A stretch of DNA of 64,000 nt from Eledone cirrhosa (GCA_964016885.1 OZ024747.1:14384001-14448000), one strand, 5' to 3'; positions 14,542-29,828 are shown, counted from the first letter of the stretch. The notes: generated by a model not told the origin, from the letters alone. Numbers and translations: made by a program.

Positions 14542-16048
14542 GACACACATATATATGATGTACATACATACAAATATATATAATTTTATTTAATTTCTGG
14601 TGTTTGACAAACGTATTTTTATTTCGAATACAAATTTATTTGATGTTCTCCAAGGAAACAAATAATATTTGTGTTAAATGAATAATTATTACCGTCATCA
14701 ATGAGAGAGTCCATTGTGGAGAGTCTGATCTTAGGATAAGAGAGAAAGGAATAGAATTAGGAGTGTAAATAGGCGCTTGATACTAATTCAAGTCGAAGTG
14801 AAATGATTTCCCTAGTTTGTATCATATTTAAGTCGTTCATTCATCGGTGTTTAAATAATTATTCAACTAATTTCAACAGTTAGTTTATTAGTATTGAAAT
14901 TCATTTTGCTGTAATTTAATTTAATTCAATTTAATTAAATTCGTTTTTTTAGCGGAAGATGAAGTTAATTATCGGATATTGGCCGATCTTGCGCATTCTA
15001 GGAAATTACTAATTCATCGATTATTGATTTATAAATGTTCTACTCATTCAATATTAGTTTCATTAAATTTAATTTTCTTCAATATTATCTGAATCCCTTG
15101 AGTACAGAAGCGCATTTGTTGAGTCGTGCGGCGTAAGCTGGATTCCATATCAAAATCGTTAAGTTTTGAATACCATTAAGAAAGGTATATTAAATTAAAC
15201 AAAAGGAGAATTTTGTGAAGTTGTGGGAATAATATGTTGTAATAAAACAACACGACTATGTTCTAGTTGGCATTTTTTACATTTGGACATTGATCTTTTT
15301 GTATGCGGCCTTCGCATTTTCTTTAGATCAATAAGGTACCTAAAGCTATCATCAATGTTTCTATACTTTCACTATATCATCTGCTGGAGGTCATGTGTAG
15401 TAGACATTTGTTTTGCATTGTCGCTTTTATAAAAGTAGAATTTATGTAAATTTTACCAACACACTTGGACTGTTATATTTATAGTTAATAAAACCATGGG
15501 ATTATTTTGTTTATGGTTTGTATACTGTCTGTGTCTTTATTTAGCTTTGTTGCTATTGTGAATAATGCTTAAATAACTAATCGTGTATTTTGTGGGGGAA
15601 TTGTATATAATGTGGATGCATTTTGTACTAATATATACTTATCTAGCTATATATTGTAGTATGTGATGTAGTGTGTTTATATTCATCCTTGTGGTCGGTG
15701 TATGATGGTCATACCTACGATTGCCCTTTAATGGCTAGAATGGAGCCATGAAGTGGACAACTGCAACTTTTACAATCTAATTTATTAAACACAATGATTA
15801 TTTACAGCTTGTTCTCGGGTTTACATGATTGTAGAAGTGTTTCATTTTAGTGTTTTTTGTAGTATATTATAGATATTGGATTATGGATGGTGTAATCATA
15901 TCACATCCCGTTTAATGAACTATTGTTTAATATATGTTCATTTATTCTCTAGAACGTATGCATTTAGTAAACCTAATATGTTGTTTGCGTAGATTTAATA
16001 GGTGTAATATTTGATGCATTTGTTGCATAGTCGATATTCTTCTGTAAC

Positions 16049-16215
16049 TTGGAGACTTCTGGTGTTCTTAGCCCTAGGGCCATCTCCCTACTCACCACCA
16101 TAGGTGTTGAGCTGGCTAGCCGCAGGTGTGAGCCTCGCAAGATGGAATGGCTCTTCCAGCGCATATACCTCACCATCCTCCGGGGAAACGCCTTCTCTAT
16201 TCTGTCCACCGTGGC
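16049..16215 (+). mobile_element. 3' fragment of a CRE-clade non-LTR element (restriction-like endonuclease)
   Basis: LETSGVLSPRAISLLTTIG...WLFQRIYLTILRGNAFSIL matches the E-T-x-G...QR-x-S-x-A-I-Q-R-G-N-A C-terminal motif. Confidence 0.75.
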
Positions 16216-16449
16216 TGTGAGGTCGCCATCTCATGGAACCCCATTTGCTCATAATAATGAGAGATGGGGAGGGTGAGAGATACGGAGGTGACGATAGAGG
16301 GAGTTCTGCTCCTCTTTGTTCGGACCTGTTGTACATGTGCGTGTATTTTTATACTATCGAACATAATTTACTCTATTTTAAATTAAGAATGTCACTTCGT
16401 CTATTAATATGTTAGAATATCCATGGAAAATTAGTGCTTGCTACATTCT

Positions 16450-16680
16450 GTGTGTGTGACAGTTCGCACCTATGCAGGTTTAGCTGGCCTCCTCCAAGGT
16501 ATATCTCGTTTGAGGTGTCTTGGGTGATTTAATGATAGGGACTGCAGTCCTATCATCTCATTTCTACAGCTGAGTAAACTGGAGCAACGTGAGATAAAGT
16601 GTCTTGCTCAAGGAAATAACACATCACAGCCTTTCGATTGCAAGCCGAATGCTCTAACCACTAAGCCATGTGCCTTCACA
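16450..16680 (-). mobile_element. SINE family B
   Basis: Minus strand reads GGCACATGGCTTAGTGGTTAGAGCATTCGGCTTGCAATCGAAAGG...TCCTTGAGCAAGACACTTTA. Confidence 0.85.
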
Positions 16681-17254
16681 TTCTGAGGATTTCTTTATAT
16701 AGTTCTTCCTTTTTGAAGAGAATCTGAATTCTTTTTTTCTCCGGGATGAACATACAATATCTCCATATAAGTATACATATATATTTATGTCTGTAGTATA
16801 TACAGATGCGATTTTCAATCTAGAAATTTACATCCATAGATAGAGTCGTATTTGTATAGTTTTGGAAGTTAGATTTTAGTAGAGATTTTAGTAGAGATAT
16901 CTAGGTCTTCCACTGACATCACGATATCTTTCAGTGCATCCATTAAAAGAAGTATATCATTCGCGTATCTGGTGCATATTATAGAATTGTGATTCATACA
17001 TGACTTGGTTCTTTATTTTGGCAAGATAGAATACCGTAAATGTAGGCTTTGGGAGAAAAGCCACACTTATTACAATTTAATTTAAAATGCCTTCCGGCCA
17101 GTGTAAACGACCACACAATAAGTTCTACGCTGGTCACGTGTTGTCAATAGTGCTCAAGAGAACCTTGTTATCGTCGCAGCAATCCAATTATCACGCGTTT
17201 CTGCGACAATGAATTACTACCAATTCCGTACTTACGTAACTGAAGATGTGTTGA

Positions 17255-17375
17255 TTAGAAAGGAGTGGTCACAATTCTTCGATCACGAATACTTCTGTGT
17301 TGAGCGTTGATGTTCCATCGGTCCCTGAGTTCGTGGTGTTTCTCTGACACCTTGACAACCCATGGATGGGTGTGC
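17255..17375 (-). CDS. Candidate stop-containing exon of an unidentified host gene
   Basis: Long polypyrimidine tract and AAAG acceptor; HTHPWVVKVSEKHHELRDRWNINAQHRSIRDRRIVTTPF*; perfect GTAAGT donor at 17235. Confidence 0.4.
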
Positions 17376-17648
17376 CTTTTGAATAAAAAGGTAACAAGTG
17401 AAAGGAAGAGAGAAAGAGAAAAAGAGAGAGAGACAGGGAGATAGAGAGAAAGAGAGAAAGATACAAGTTAAAGGAAGCGAGGGACAAAGAGAGGGAGAGA
17501 GATGAGTTAAAGGAAGTGTGAGAGAGAGGGAGAGAGAGGAATAAGCTAAGGATAGAAGTGGGGAATAGTAGCGAACATTATTTGTAGAGTGGGTATAAAT
17601 ATACACACATAGTGGCTATTTATATACACACATAGATTTCTCTGTAAC

Positions 17649-17699
<51 letters not shown>

Positions 17700-17769
17700 T
17701 TACGGGGTAATTAAAATGAAGTACGAGTAATGTACTGGGTAATTGCTGGCCTTGTGCCAAAAGTAGAAC

Positions 17770-17824
<55 letters not shown>

Positions 17825-17825
<1 letters not shown>

Positions 17826-18021
17826 GTTATTCCGGGTTGAATCGGAGGTAACCACAGTAAGTAAGGTACTCAATACATAGCAGAGTATAACAGTTTTAAT
17901 ATAGATGAGATTCTACAGGACTAGAACTGTTTCATTCATTAGAAATCATCAGGAGATTCCTGATGATTTCTAATGAATGAAACAGTTCTAGTCCTGTAGA
18001 ATCTCATCTATATTAAAACTA
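17825..18021. mobile_element. Penelope-like terminal element, family 3, fold-back, in (TA)n
   Basis: Perfect inverted arms at about 17892-17953 and 17959-18020; related copy at 58291-58468. Confidence 0.75.
17953..18005 (+). ncRNA. Type I hammerhead ribozyme, family 3
   Basis: GAGAUUC CUGAUGA UUUC-UAAU-GAAU GAAA CAG-UUCUAGUC-CUG UA GAAUCUC; GUA cleavage triplet. Confidence 0.8.
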
Positions 18022-18093
18022 TATATATATATATATAATTGTTCTACTTTTGGCTCAAGGCCAGCAATTACCCAGTACATTACTCGTACTTCA

Positions 18094-18187
<94 letters not shown>

Positions 18188-18211
18188 ATATATATATATA
18201 TATATATCTAT

Positions 18212-18245
<34 letters not shown>

Positions 18246-18359
18246 TTAGAAAGTGATTTTTCATTGCATCTCTTCTTTCCATGATATCGGGATTACATTG
18301 AGTTCTTCATACGGATTGGACACTACCGTAAACTCTTGGTAGATTTATCTACATATATA

Positions 18360-18491
<132 letters not shown>

Positions 18492-18920
18492 TATGTGTAT
18501 GTATGTTTTATGTAAGTAGTGCTCTCTGTCTCTCTCTCTCTATATATATATTTGTATGTGTATATATATATATATATATATATTAATAAAAGGAATTCCA
18601 ACTTTGTCTGATTTACTGGTTTTATTTACAATCCTTTAACATTTATAATGGTATTAGAATGAAATAGTATGGTAGAATATTAAATGTTAAGTGTTATATA
18701 TATATATATAGATATAGCTATAGATATATATAGATATATGTGTGTATGGATGCATATATGTATGTATCTCTTCTCTCTCTCTCTCTCTCTCTCTCAATAT
18801 ATATATATATATATATATGTGTGTATATATATATATTTATATATATAAGTATATATATATATATATGTGTGTATATAAATATATATATATATATATATAC
18901 AGACGCACAAATACACACAT

Positions 18921-18957
<37 letters not shown>

Positions 18958-19288
18958 CACTCACAAACACATAACGTCAATTACAATCACAAAAAATTCA
19001 CTTCAACGACAAACGTTCAAATTTATTTTTTATAGAACACCAATGACTTTGGATGTCTTGTTATGGAACACCCAGGTTTTAATAATTGCTCACTCAAAAG
19101 TTTTGAAGCGAACAGAAAAACCATATGCCGAATATATGTATAGTGTTCTCCTTAGGTTTGGAGCCAACTTTCTTGAAATGGCAGTAAGGTGGATTGTACA
19201 TCGTTACGTCTAATGATTTGTCATTTTTCCCTGCTTTCGAGAGCTCCTATATATTATTTATTATTGCTTTTAAAAAGTCCCCTCGAAC

Positions 19289-19342
<54 letters not shown>

Positions 19343-19348
19343 ATATTA

Positions 19349-19430
<82 letters not shown>

Positions 19431-19545
19431 ATATTATATATGTATATATATATATAATATATTATATATGTATATATATATATAATATATGTATATATAT
19501 CTATATCTATGTCTATATCTATCTATCTATCTATGTATATATGTA

Positions 19546-19631
<86 letters not shown>

Positions 19632-19750
19632 TATATATATATATATATACATATAATATATTATATATTATATATGTATATACATATATGTATATATATA
19701 TCTATATCTATGTCTATATCTATCTATATATCTACTTATGTATATATGTA

Positions 19751-19805
<55 letters not shown>

Positions 19806-20127
19806 TATATTATATATTATATATGTATATACGTATATATATATCTATGTCTATATCTATCTATCTATCCATATATATATATGTATATATATCTATATCT
19901 ATATCTATGTCTATATATATATATATATATATATAAATATAGATAGATATATATAGATTGATAGATATAGACATAGATATAGATATTTAAAGGTTAAACA
20001 AGGTTCGATGAATAAATCAAAGAATTAGGTTTACAATAGATTGGAAGCACTCAACAAAATGGTTTTCCGGAGTTATTAATATTCATTCAAAATATTAACA
20101 AAAATGGAACTTCATTGTGATCAAGTA

Positions 20128-20194
20128 TATTTTATTATACATATTTCAGAGGTACTGAGCTAACTTCAACAGTACGTCCTCATCAGATAAAATA
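20128..20194 (-). ncRNA. Type I hammerhead ribozyme, family 2, in an element starting at about 19985; second copy at 58869-58935 (-)
   Basis: UAUUUUAU CUGAUGA GGAC-GUACUG...CAGUAC-CUCU GAA AUAUGUAU A AUAAAAUA. Confidence 0.8.
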
Positions 20195-22174
20195 ATATGA
20201 TGCACGACATACCCTGACAGAGTAGATGGTTAAGATCCATCATTAATTACAATGACTGGAGTGAGATGTGAGCAAGAAGAGAACCCACTACAAGCCAAAC
20301 GGGAGGAAGTGAGAGGGGGAGAGGTCAGTCGAGAGAAAGTGTAACTGACAGAGGGGGCGAAAGAAGGTGAGAGAAACAGAGAGAGCGGGGTAACAGTAAG
20401 AGAGAAACAGGCAAACGCAGCTGAGGTAAATATATATAAAAAAAACACGAGAAGAAAGAATACTGCGTGGTTGCACATGGGTTACATATGATAAAAATAG
20501 TCCTTCGTCAGTGATTTTCCAACCTTCATTGGTATTTGATCGCATTAAAAATCATATACCTATATATATATATACATTTGAAGTTAGAAGGCCTGAACAA
20601 TGCAGGTATGGATATCGAATATAGATACAAATGCAAAAGATAGCGCTGACAATTAGTCTTTTACCTTAAATTTATTTGTATATCCTATATATATATATAT
20701 ATTCACTTTCTCCTGTCTATGTGAGAGGCAGCACGATTATACGAGCTCTGAGTCGTAGCTGACCACCAGCCTAAAGACTCCCAGGCTGGCCACAACTTAC
20801 TTACTTTCCCTATTTTTCCATGGTTACTTTTTTACATGTTTCTTTCACCTGTGTCTTCCCACGATGGGACCCGTACACTTTTTATTCTCCTATTCCTTTT
20901 CCCTTCCCCCTTTCTTCCTATCTCCCCATCCTTTTCTCCCCTGTTCTTCCTCGTTTCCCTCTCTTTCCTTTTCTCTCTCCTCTTTCTCCCCTTTTTTCTC
21001 TCTCTTTCTCTCTCCTCTTCCACCTGGCCTTTTGATTAATAAAAGGCCTCGGGCGCACCCGAAATACACCGATGTCCTGTAATTCAGCGCCGAAACATCG
21101 GTTCGAGAAACATTTACAGCTGACGATGGAAACTCCTTTCTTCCTTTCTCCTCCTGTTCCGTCCTAACCACCATCCTAAACCTTGTTTTTAGTAACCACA
21201 CAGCTCCTTTCGTTTCATAACTTTTTGTATATTTATATATATATCATTCTTCTGTATTCTTCTCCATTGTTGCTTTTCCTTGTTGACTTTTCGCGTGTAT
21301 ATATATAAGATGGTGTGATGCTGGTTTAAAGCATTGTATATACTGTAGTTGTGAGGTAATTTTAATTTGTTTAAGTGAATCATGGGTGCTATTACTCCAT
21401 ATTAAATATCTCTAATTGAATGCTTCACAATCAGATATGCCTCTAAGTTGCTGTAGATAAATAAAATATATTTCTTCTGCGTACCATTCGTTTTCGTTTT
21501 TTTTTCTATCTTTATATATTTTTACAAACCATTCTCTTTCTTTGTTATTTGATTAATTATCTAATTTACTGGCTTTTGAAAATAATATTAACCACGATGA
21601 ATAACTGAGATAAGCATTCTATTGTTATGTATGTTAAGAATTGGTCTCGTTCTTTTATTGCTAATGACAGCTTCAAAGAATAGTTTGTTGGGAGTAAACG
21701 TATTGACAATAGGCAGGGTATTTTGGAGGCTGGAGAAATTCAATAGAAAACCGCGATTACAATGTAAAAGCTTGCTTCCGGTGATACATGTCAGCTGGGC
21801 TGAAGTTCTTTATATATACTCACACACATACACACACACACACACCTAAGAACACATACACACATATACACTCATACAGACACACACATATGTAAATACG
21901 CAGAAGTATCTATACAATTACTAAGTTGAGCCGTTACATAGATATAAAACGTCTTTATAAAACGGCAGTGATAATGGCGGCTGGGTGAAGACAGGGAAAC
22001 AAAAATAAAGATAGGGAGAGGAAAACTAAATATAAGGTCTTTATAAACAATTAAGAAAGCCCCTAATAGGTTTGAGGGCATTGAAAGGCAAATCTGACTT
22101 GTCATTTGCAGATGATGTAATTTGATGTTTTTGTTTTTGTTTTCCTGATCCGATATTCTTTTGATAAGATTCAT

Positions 22175-22965
22175 CAGCACCCACACCAACTCCAGACCCG
22201 ATATCTCCACCCACACCAACTCCAGACCCGACACCAGCACCCACACCAACTCCAGACCCGATATCTCCACCCACACCAACTCCAGACCCGACACCAGCAC
22301 CCACACCAACTCCAGACCCGACACCAGCACACACCCACACCATCATCAGGCCCGACACCAGCACACACACCAACACTAAACCTAACATCATCACACACAC
22401 ACACCAACACTAAACCTAACATCATCACACACACACACACACCAACACTAAACCTATCATCATCACACACACACACACCAACACTAAACCTAACATCATC
22501 ACACACACACACACCAACACTAAACCTAACATCATCACACACACACACCAACACTAAACCTAACATCATCACACACACACACACCAACACTAAACCTAAC
22601 ATCATCACACACACACACACACCAACACTAAACCTAACATCATCACGCACACACACACCAACACTAAACCTAACATCATACACACACACAACAACACTAA
22701 ACCTAACATCATCACACACACCACACACCAACACTAAACCTAACATCATCACACACACACACACCACACACCAACACTAAACCTAACATCATCACATACA
22801 CACACACACCAACACTAAACCTAACATCATCATACCCACACACACCAACACTAAACCTAACATCATCACACACACACACACCAACACTAAACCTAACATC
22901 ATCACACGCACACAAACACTAAACCTAACATCATCACACACACACACACACCAACACTAAACCCA
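22175..22965. repeat. Two adjoining minisatellites: alternating 30-bp units, then ACCAACACTAAACCTAACATCATC(AC)n units
   Basis: Tandem units directly visible. Confidence 0.9.
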
Positions 22966-23712
22966 GCACCAGCATTCTCACCAACACCAATACCACCACC
23001 AACACCAACAACAACAACAACAACACCAACAACAACATTACATATCCACCGCAAGCGTAACCCCCATCAACTATGCTCACACACAACAAAAATAAAATAG
23101 AAAAGAAAAGAAAAGAAAAGAAAAGAAAAGAAAAGAAAAGAAAAAGCAATAAGAAAAGAAAAAGCAATAAAATAAAAAGCAATAAGGATAAATAATTTGA
23201 AGAAAAGAGTGAATACATTTATTTTGTATTTTTGTGTGGTGGCGATTATCATTGAGCAAAAAAGTTAATTTAGTTGTTGCTAACTCTGCTGAAAGGCTAA
23301 CATCTTTCCTTCATCAAGCTCTGAACATTTAATCCAATTCTCAATTAAACTTTAGTCCTTGTGTCTTTATTTGTTCTTTATCATTTTTTATACTATTTAA
23401 AACCTCTTTTTTTAACACCTTTTTTCTAATCTTACTAAACAATGGCATTATTTAGTTATTCTTTCCTTCTATTGTACTCCAGTCAAGAGAAAAACATTGA
23501 AACATCATGTTTTCCACTGAAATAAATAATCAAACAAAAAAGACGTGGAAAAAAAACAACGACTACAATAATACAAAAACGGGAATGTAGAGAGGGAGAT
23601 TGGAGTAAACTGAATTAAATACATGCTCTTGACAAAATGCATGCTCAACCAATATATGTGACTATGTGAAGCCGATAGTGTGTGTATATGATTATAAGTA
23701 TGTATATATAAA

Positions 23713-23764
<52 letters not shown>

Positions 23765-23910
23765 TATATATTTATATATATATATGATTATATGTATATA
23801 TATATATGTGTGTGTGTATATATATACATACATATAATCACATATATATATATATGTACGTGATTATATGTATATATATATATATATATATGTATGTGAT
23901 TATATGTATG

Positions 23911-23968
<58 letters not shown>

Positions 23969-23970
23969 TA

Positions 23971-24023
<53 letters not shown>

Positions 24024-24192
24024 TGGTAGGAATATTTATGTGTATAGATGCGCATGTGTATACTTGTAATGTCCGATGTGTATATTAGTTTATGTGTGAT
24101 TGCGAGCGCGTGTTTTTCTGAATATACGTATGTAATACTTATGGCTAGATAGCATGAACATGTACATGAGAATACGTGTGGCTGTGTAGCTG

Positions 24193-24260
<68 letters not shown>

Positions 24261-24381
24261 TATATATAAATATATATATATATGTATATATATGTATGTA
24301 TGTATGTGTCTGCAGTTGTGAGTGTGTGTGTATAGAGAGATGTGTGAATATCCTTAGCGCTGCTGTCTGTTGTCCATGTAA

Positions 24382-24469
<88 letters not shown>

Positions 24470-24487
24470 TGTGTGCGTGTGTGTGTT

Positions 24488-24521
<34 letters not shown>

Positions 24522-24522
24522 A

Positions 24523-24563
<41 letters not shown>

Positions 24564-24571
24564 TGTGTTTC

Positions 24572-24957
24572 TGTCTCGATAAAAACCTAGTATACGAATG
24601 TAAAGAGTAACTAGTACTAATACCTATACAAACATTGGCTCTACTTCTAACTCCTTTAAAGCAAGATTCTATAATCATTCTTCTACATTTAAATCTCCAC
24701 TTAAAAGGACTAGCATCGCACTCTCAGAACTTATTTGGTCCTTAAAAGACAAAAACATAAATTAAGAAATTTATTGGCGTAAAATCTACAACGCATCTCC
24801 ATACTCCAATGCTTCCATATCTAGTGTTTGTAATTTATGTCTAGTTGAAAAATTTACCATTATCTCTAATTTCAACACAATAATAAATCGAAGAACCGAT
24901 TTATTTGGACTTTGTAATCATAAATTCTACAATACCTTTTACAAAGTATATAGCTGA
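24572..24957 (+). pseudogene. Penelope-like GIY-YIG endonuclease remnant, 5'-truncated
   Basis: [11 protein letters not shown](frameshift)[28 protein letters not shown]...LSELIWSLKDKNIN*EIYWRKI...CNLCLVEKFTII...INRRTDLFGLCNH. Confidence 0.85.
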
Positions 24958-25693
24958 TGTCCAATAACATATTCCACGAGCCACGGTTATCTGTACACAT
25001 CTTTCATTATATTCTACAATGTATTAATTTGGTTTTCTCATCATATATTAAGCCTTTGATCTTTTTTTCTATAGCCCTAGATTTTTGCTCAAACCATCGT
25101 AGATTTTGTAAACAAATTATGACGTCATATGTTTTTCTACGTTTATAAATCATTCTAGCAATTTCCTTTATTTACTTGTTGATATAAAATAAAAATTAAA
25201 TAGTATACCCCACATATATAGATTTTTACTAGAAATTATTAATTTTGACATTTTTATTTTTATTTTATTTTATAAAAATCTTTTTTTATATTTATTTTAT
25301 TTTATTTTATTAATACATTTTTACACTTCTTAATCCAATTTTTAGTATTTAAACCCAATATAAAATAATAGACCCAGTTTCTATATTTAGACCTCTAATA
25401 TTTGAATACCGTCTATAATATTCGCACATACACCTCATCAATTTACTTTTTAACCGTTATTTACAATTGTTTTCATTTTGACAGCGTTCCTGATAAAAAG
25501 TATCTCTCTCTCTCTTTCTCTCTCTTCCTTTTTTCTTCTTTTTTTACTTTCTTCTCTTTCTTTTTCCCTTTTCTCCTCTTCTTTCCCTTTTCTTCTATTT
25601 TCCTATCTATTTCTTAACACTTATATTTCTGTCATATGTAAACATAACACTTTCCAGTAAACAAGTGGTATTATGCCTCATATAATGTTACCT

Positions 25694-25763
25694 TATTTTA
25701 TCTGAAGAGAACACAAGTTTTGTCCCAGGATGATTTTGTATTCAAAATGCACATAATAAAGTA
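25694..25763 (+). ncRNA. Hammerhead with a core mutation (GAAA to AAAA) in the 3' UTR of the GIY-YIG element
   Basis: UAUUUUAU CUGAAGA GAAC-ACAAG...UUUGU-AUUC AAA AUGCACAU A AUAAAGUA. Confidence 0.65.
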
Positions 25764-25883
25764 TATGGAACTCTCTTAACCATCTTTCAATTTCTTCTTT
25801 ATTATATATACTCCAGTTCCACCAACTGTTGAGTGCTACTTATCTGATATATGCATAGTTTTATTGTTCTACAATATTACTCA

Positions 25884-25945
<62 letters not shown>

Positions 25946-25960
25946 CACAGCACGTAGACG

Positions 25961-25996
<36 letters not shown>

Positions 25997-26416
25997 CATT
26001 AGCGTGTATATTTTTCAGAGATGGAGAGAGAGAACAAGAGTACAAGTATAACGTTAAAACAGGCATTTGGGAGAAAACATTGGGTTTGATTTTCTTTTAA
26101 ATTCTGTGAGAATAACATTTAGAATTCAGATCATTAGGAATAAAACAAAACTACAAACAAACAGGATAACAAAAGAACAAAACAACTGACTAATTAGCTG
26201 AGAGACAGAATTTAATGAGTGAGAAGCGGGAAATACTGTAGACACAGTTTATAGTGTGTGGTTGTATGTGAGTGAATATGTGTGCGTGTGTACCTGCGTG
26301 TGCGTATTTGTATTTCCACACGCACACACACACACACATGTATATATATATATATAGTAATAATAATAAATTTGCTTAAACTTTAATCTGTTATTTTAAT
26401 AAATATATATATAAAT

Positions 26417-27001
<585 letters not shown>

Positions 27002-27244
27002 ATCAGGTAATTCAGAAGAACAAGGAAAGGAAGAAAGAGTGCTCTATGTATAGAACAGAGCTATTTAATTGGAAAGTGAACAACACAAAATATAACTACT
27101 CCATTACTAAAGGTTTCAGGCCCCTAGACAATATCAATATAGAATTATATATATATGTATATAAAAGGTAAACAGAGATAACGCAATCGGTTCAGTATAT
27201 GGAAGGAATATATTAGGTTAACGCTTGGAATAGCAGGAATAGGG

Positions 27245-27280
27245 TCTTAACGTTTCGGACGCTAGTTTTTCATCAGAAGA
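27245..27280 (-). ncRNA. Minimal hammerhead; paralogue at 34365-34400
   Basis: UCUU CUGAUGA A GGAC-UAGC-GUCY GAA ACGU U AAGA, consensus of the two copies. Confidence 0.7.
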
Positions 27281-27400
27281 AAGAATGAGAAATAAGATAG
27301 ATTGAAGGGACGGGCGGGGTGGAGTTGGAAAAAATGTCTTTAGATAAAAATAACAGGTCCATTCATGTTGACATCTCTAGATATATATATATAAAGATGA

Positions 27401-27434
<34 letters not shown>

Positions 27435-27939
27435 AGTGGGTGTAACTAGGAGTTACTGCAGGTTCACCCGGGTGAGCACTCGATGTTTAGGTTCACTTCT
27501 GTGATCCCACTAAATAACCTTAACCACCACCATATCATCACATCCACCCCCACATACTCTACACGCCAAGGCCAACCCACCACCACCACACCACAGCCCA
27601 CCTCATCCACAGACCGTCACCAACATCTCACCATCACACCCACCCCCATATGCACTACAGACCAGTACATCGCCTTGATCCTGCCCAACAATCAAACTCT
27701 TGAAACTCTGACTTTACCACATAGCATGTATTTCATTTTCTTATAGCATTTTAAGAGGGTCCGTCGAGCTGCCGATTATTGAGTCGGGTAGGATCGATAT
27801 AGATCGAACCTTGAGCTGATCAGTGGCGAAACGCGCGTCACCTATCAATAAATGCAATGAAGGAATAATCAATCGTCCTTTTTATCCTTTCTATATATAT
27901 ATATATATGTATATATATATGTATATATATATATATATA

Positions 27940-28007
<68 letters not shown>

Positions 28008-28140
28008 TATTTATATAAGTAAATATATTACATATTTATATATATATGCATATATGTATATATATAAATATATATGTATATATATAAATATGTATATATA
28101 TACATATGTGTGTTTATGTATATATATATATATATATTAT

Positions 28141-28660
28141 GTCAGGTCACCAGTTGGTGCTACTGGTAACATGTATCCCAGTACAACCTGTCTCATGGTC
28201 GGGTCGTTGGCGACTAAACTGGCAATCCCACCAAGGTTTCTTGGTGAGGAGGGTGACTTTGGACATCCTGCAGGACTAAAAACAAAAGCTGTGAAAGGGC
28301 AAAGGAGCTCTTAAGAGTCAATGGCCATCCAAAATCACCGGGAGAGATGACCCCTTAGCCTTTGTCAAGGCAGAATTCTAGAAGGAAAACTCTGATATAA
28401 CACCTGCAACCCTGATGGTATCCAATGATGTTGGCTTGTTCTTCATTTTGGTAAATATCATCTTGGTTAAGAGAGTGGAACTGGCTTTGTGCAGTGCCTT
28501 TGCTCACTATAAAAGCTTCACAGCACAGGCATTGCTTTATATCTGGAAATCTCTCTGCACTTGTCGTCACATGGTACCATGGGCCCAGCACTATGTGTCA
28601 ATAATTGTCGCAAGTGTAGTGTTTGTACCAGAGTTTTCAAGTCGCTGGCTAGACTAAAAA
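28141..28660 (+). mobile_element. RTE-type LINE 5' UTR fragment; relative at about 32480-32790 (-)
   Basis: TAAGAGTCAAYGGCCATCC is shared by both loci; CTAGAAGGAAAACTCTGATATAACACC resembles an RTE leader motif. Confidence 0.55.
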
Positions 28661-28767
28661 GTCACACTTGTTCAGCGCATCGGTAGGGATTCTCCTACAT
28701 GGATATAAAGTAGTGGCCGTACTCGAAAACGAGTTGGCAGCCACCATATATATATATATACATATAT

Positions 28768-28812
<45 letters not shown>

Positions 28813-28925
28813 TGCATATATATATAAATATGTAATATATATACTTATATAAATATGCATATATATCTATATATATCTATATATATTTATATATATATAT
28901 ATATCTCTCTCTATATATATATATA

Positions 28926-28959
<34 letters not shown>

Positions 28960-28966
28960 TATATAC

Positions 28967-29378
<412 letters not shown>

Positions 29379-29580
29379 TATATATATATATATATATACA
29401 ATACATAAACAGAGAAAGCCTTAAGCGATACTCCAACCAACTCCATTTCACTCAACAAACATTAGGATATGCTTAAGTATTATCCCAATTTAGTGTTTGG
29501 AGTGCTAACTAATCAGTATTTCGTGGATAGCTGGTTGTATTATTTTATATGAGACATTATTAAATAAATATCTCTTTCCT

Positions 29581-29704
29581 TCCAGACGGCCGTTTCGTTA
29601 TAAGATTTCTACAATTTGGGATAAACAATTTCCAGGTTATGTAGAAACTTGTATATAATCCATAGTTTTATACACAAGCGGGCTCTTATAAACTCATCAG
29701 TGGA
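29581..29704 (-). ncRNA. Hammerhead with a branched stem II
   Basis: UCCA CUGAUGA GUUUAUAAGA...UCUUAUAAC GAA ACGGCCGU C UGGA; GUC triplet. Confidence 0.8.
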
Positions 29705-29787
29705 TGCCCAAATAATATCGATATAAGAATTATATCGACATTAATATAATGGTGATGGTCTCCCTCAGCGCTAAGAAGAGACTGGTA

Positions 29788-29828
<41 letters not shown>

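Noticed and set aside
22175-22965. CRISPR-like look of a constant unit with a variable spacer
   Set aside because: The spacers are only (CA)n length variants, the context is eukaryotic, and there are no cas genes.
27816-27847. Hammerhead-like CUGAUCA-GUGGC-GAAACGCGCGUC
   Set aside because: A core G is mutated and there is no adjacent stem I; at most a relic.
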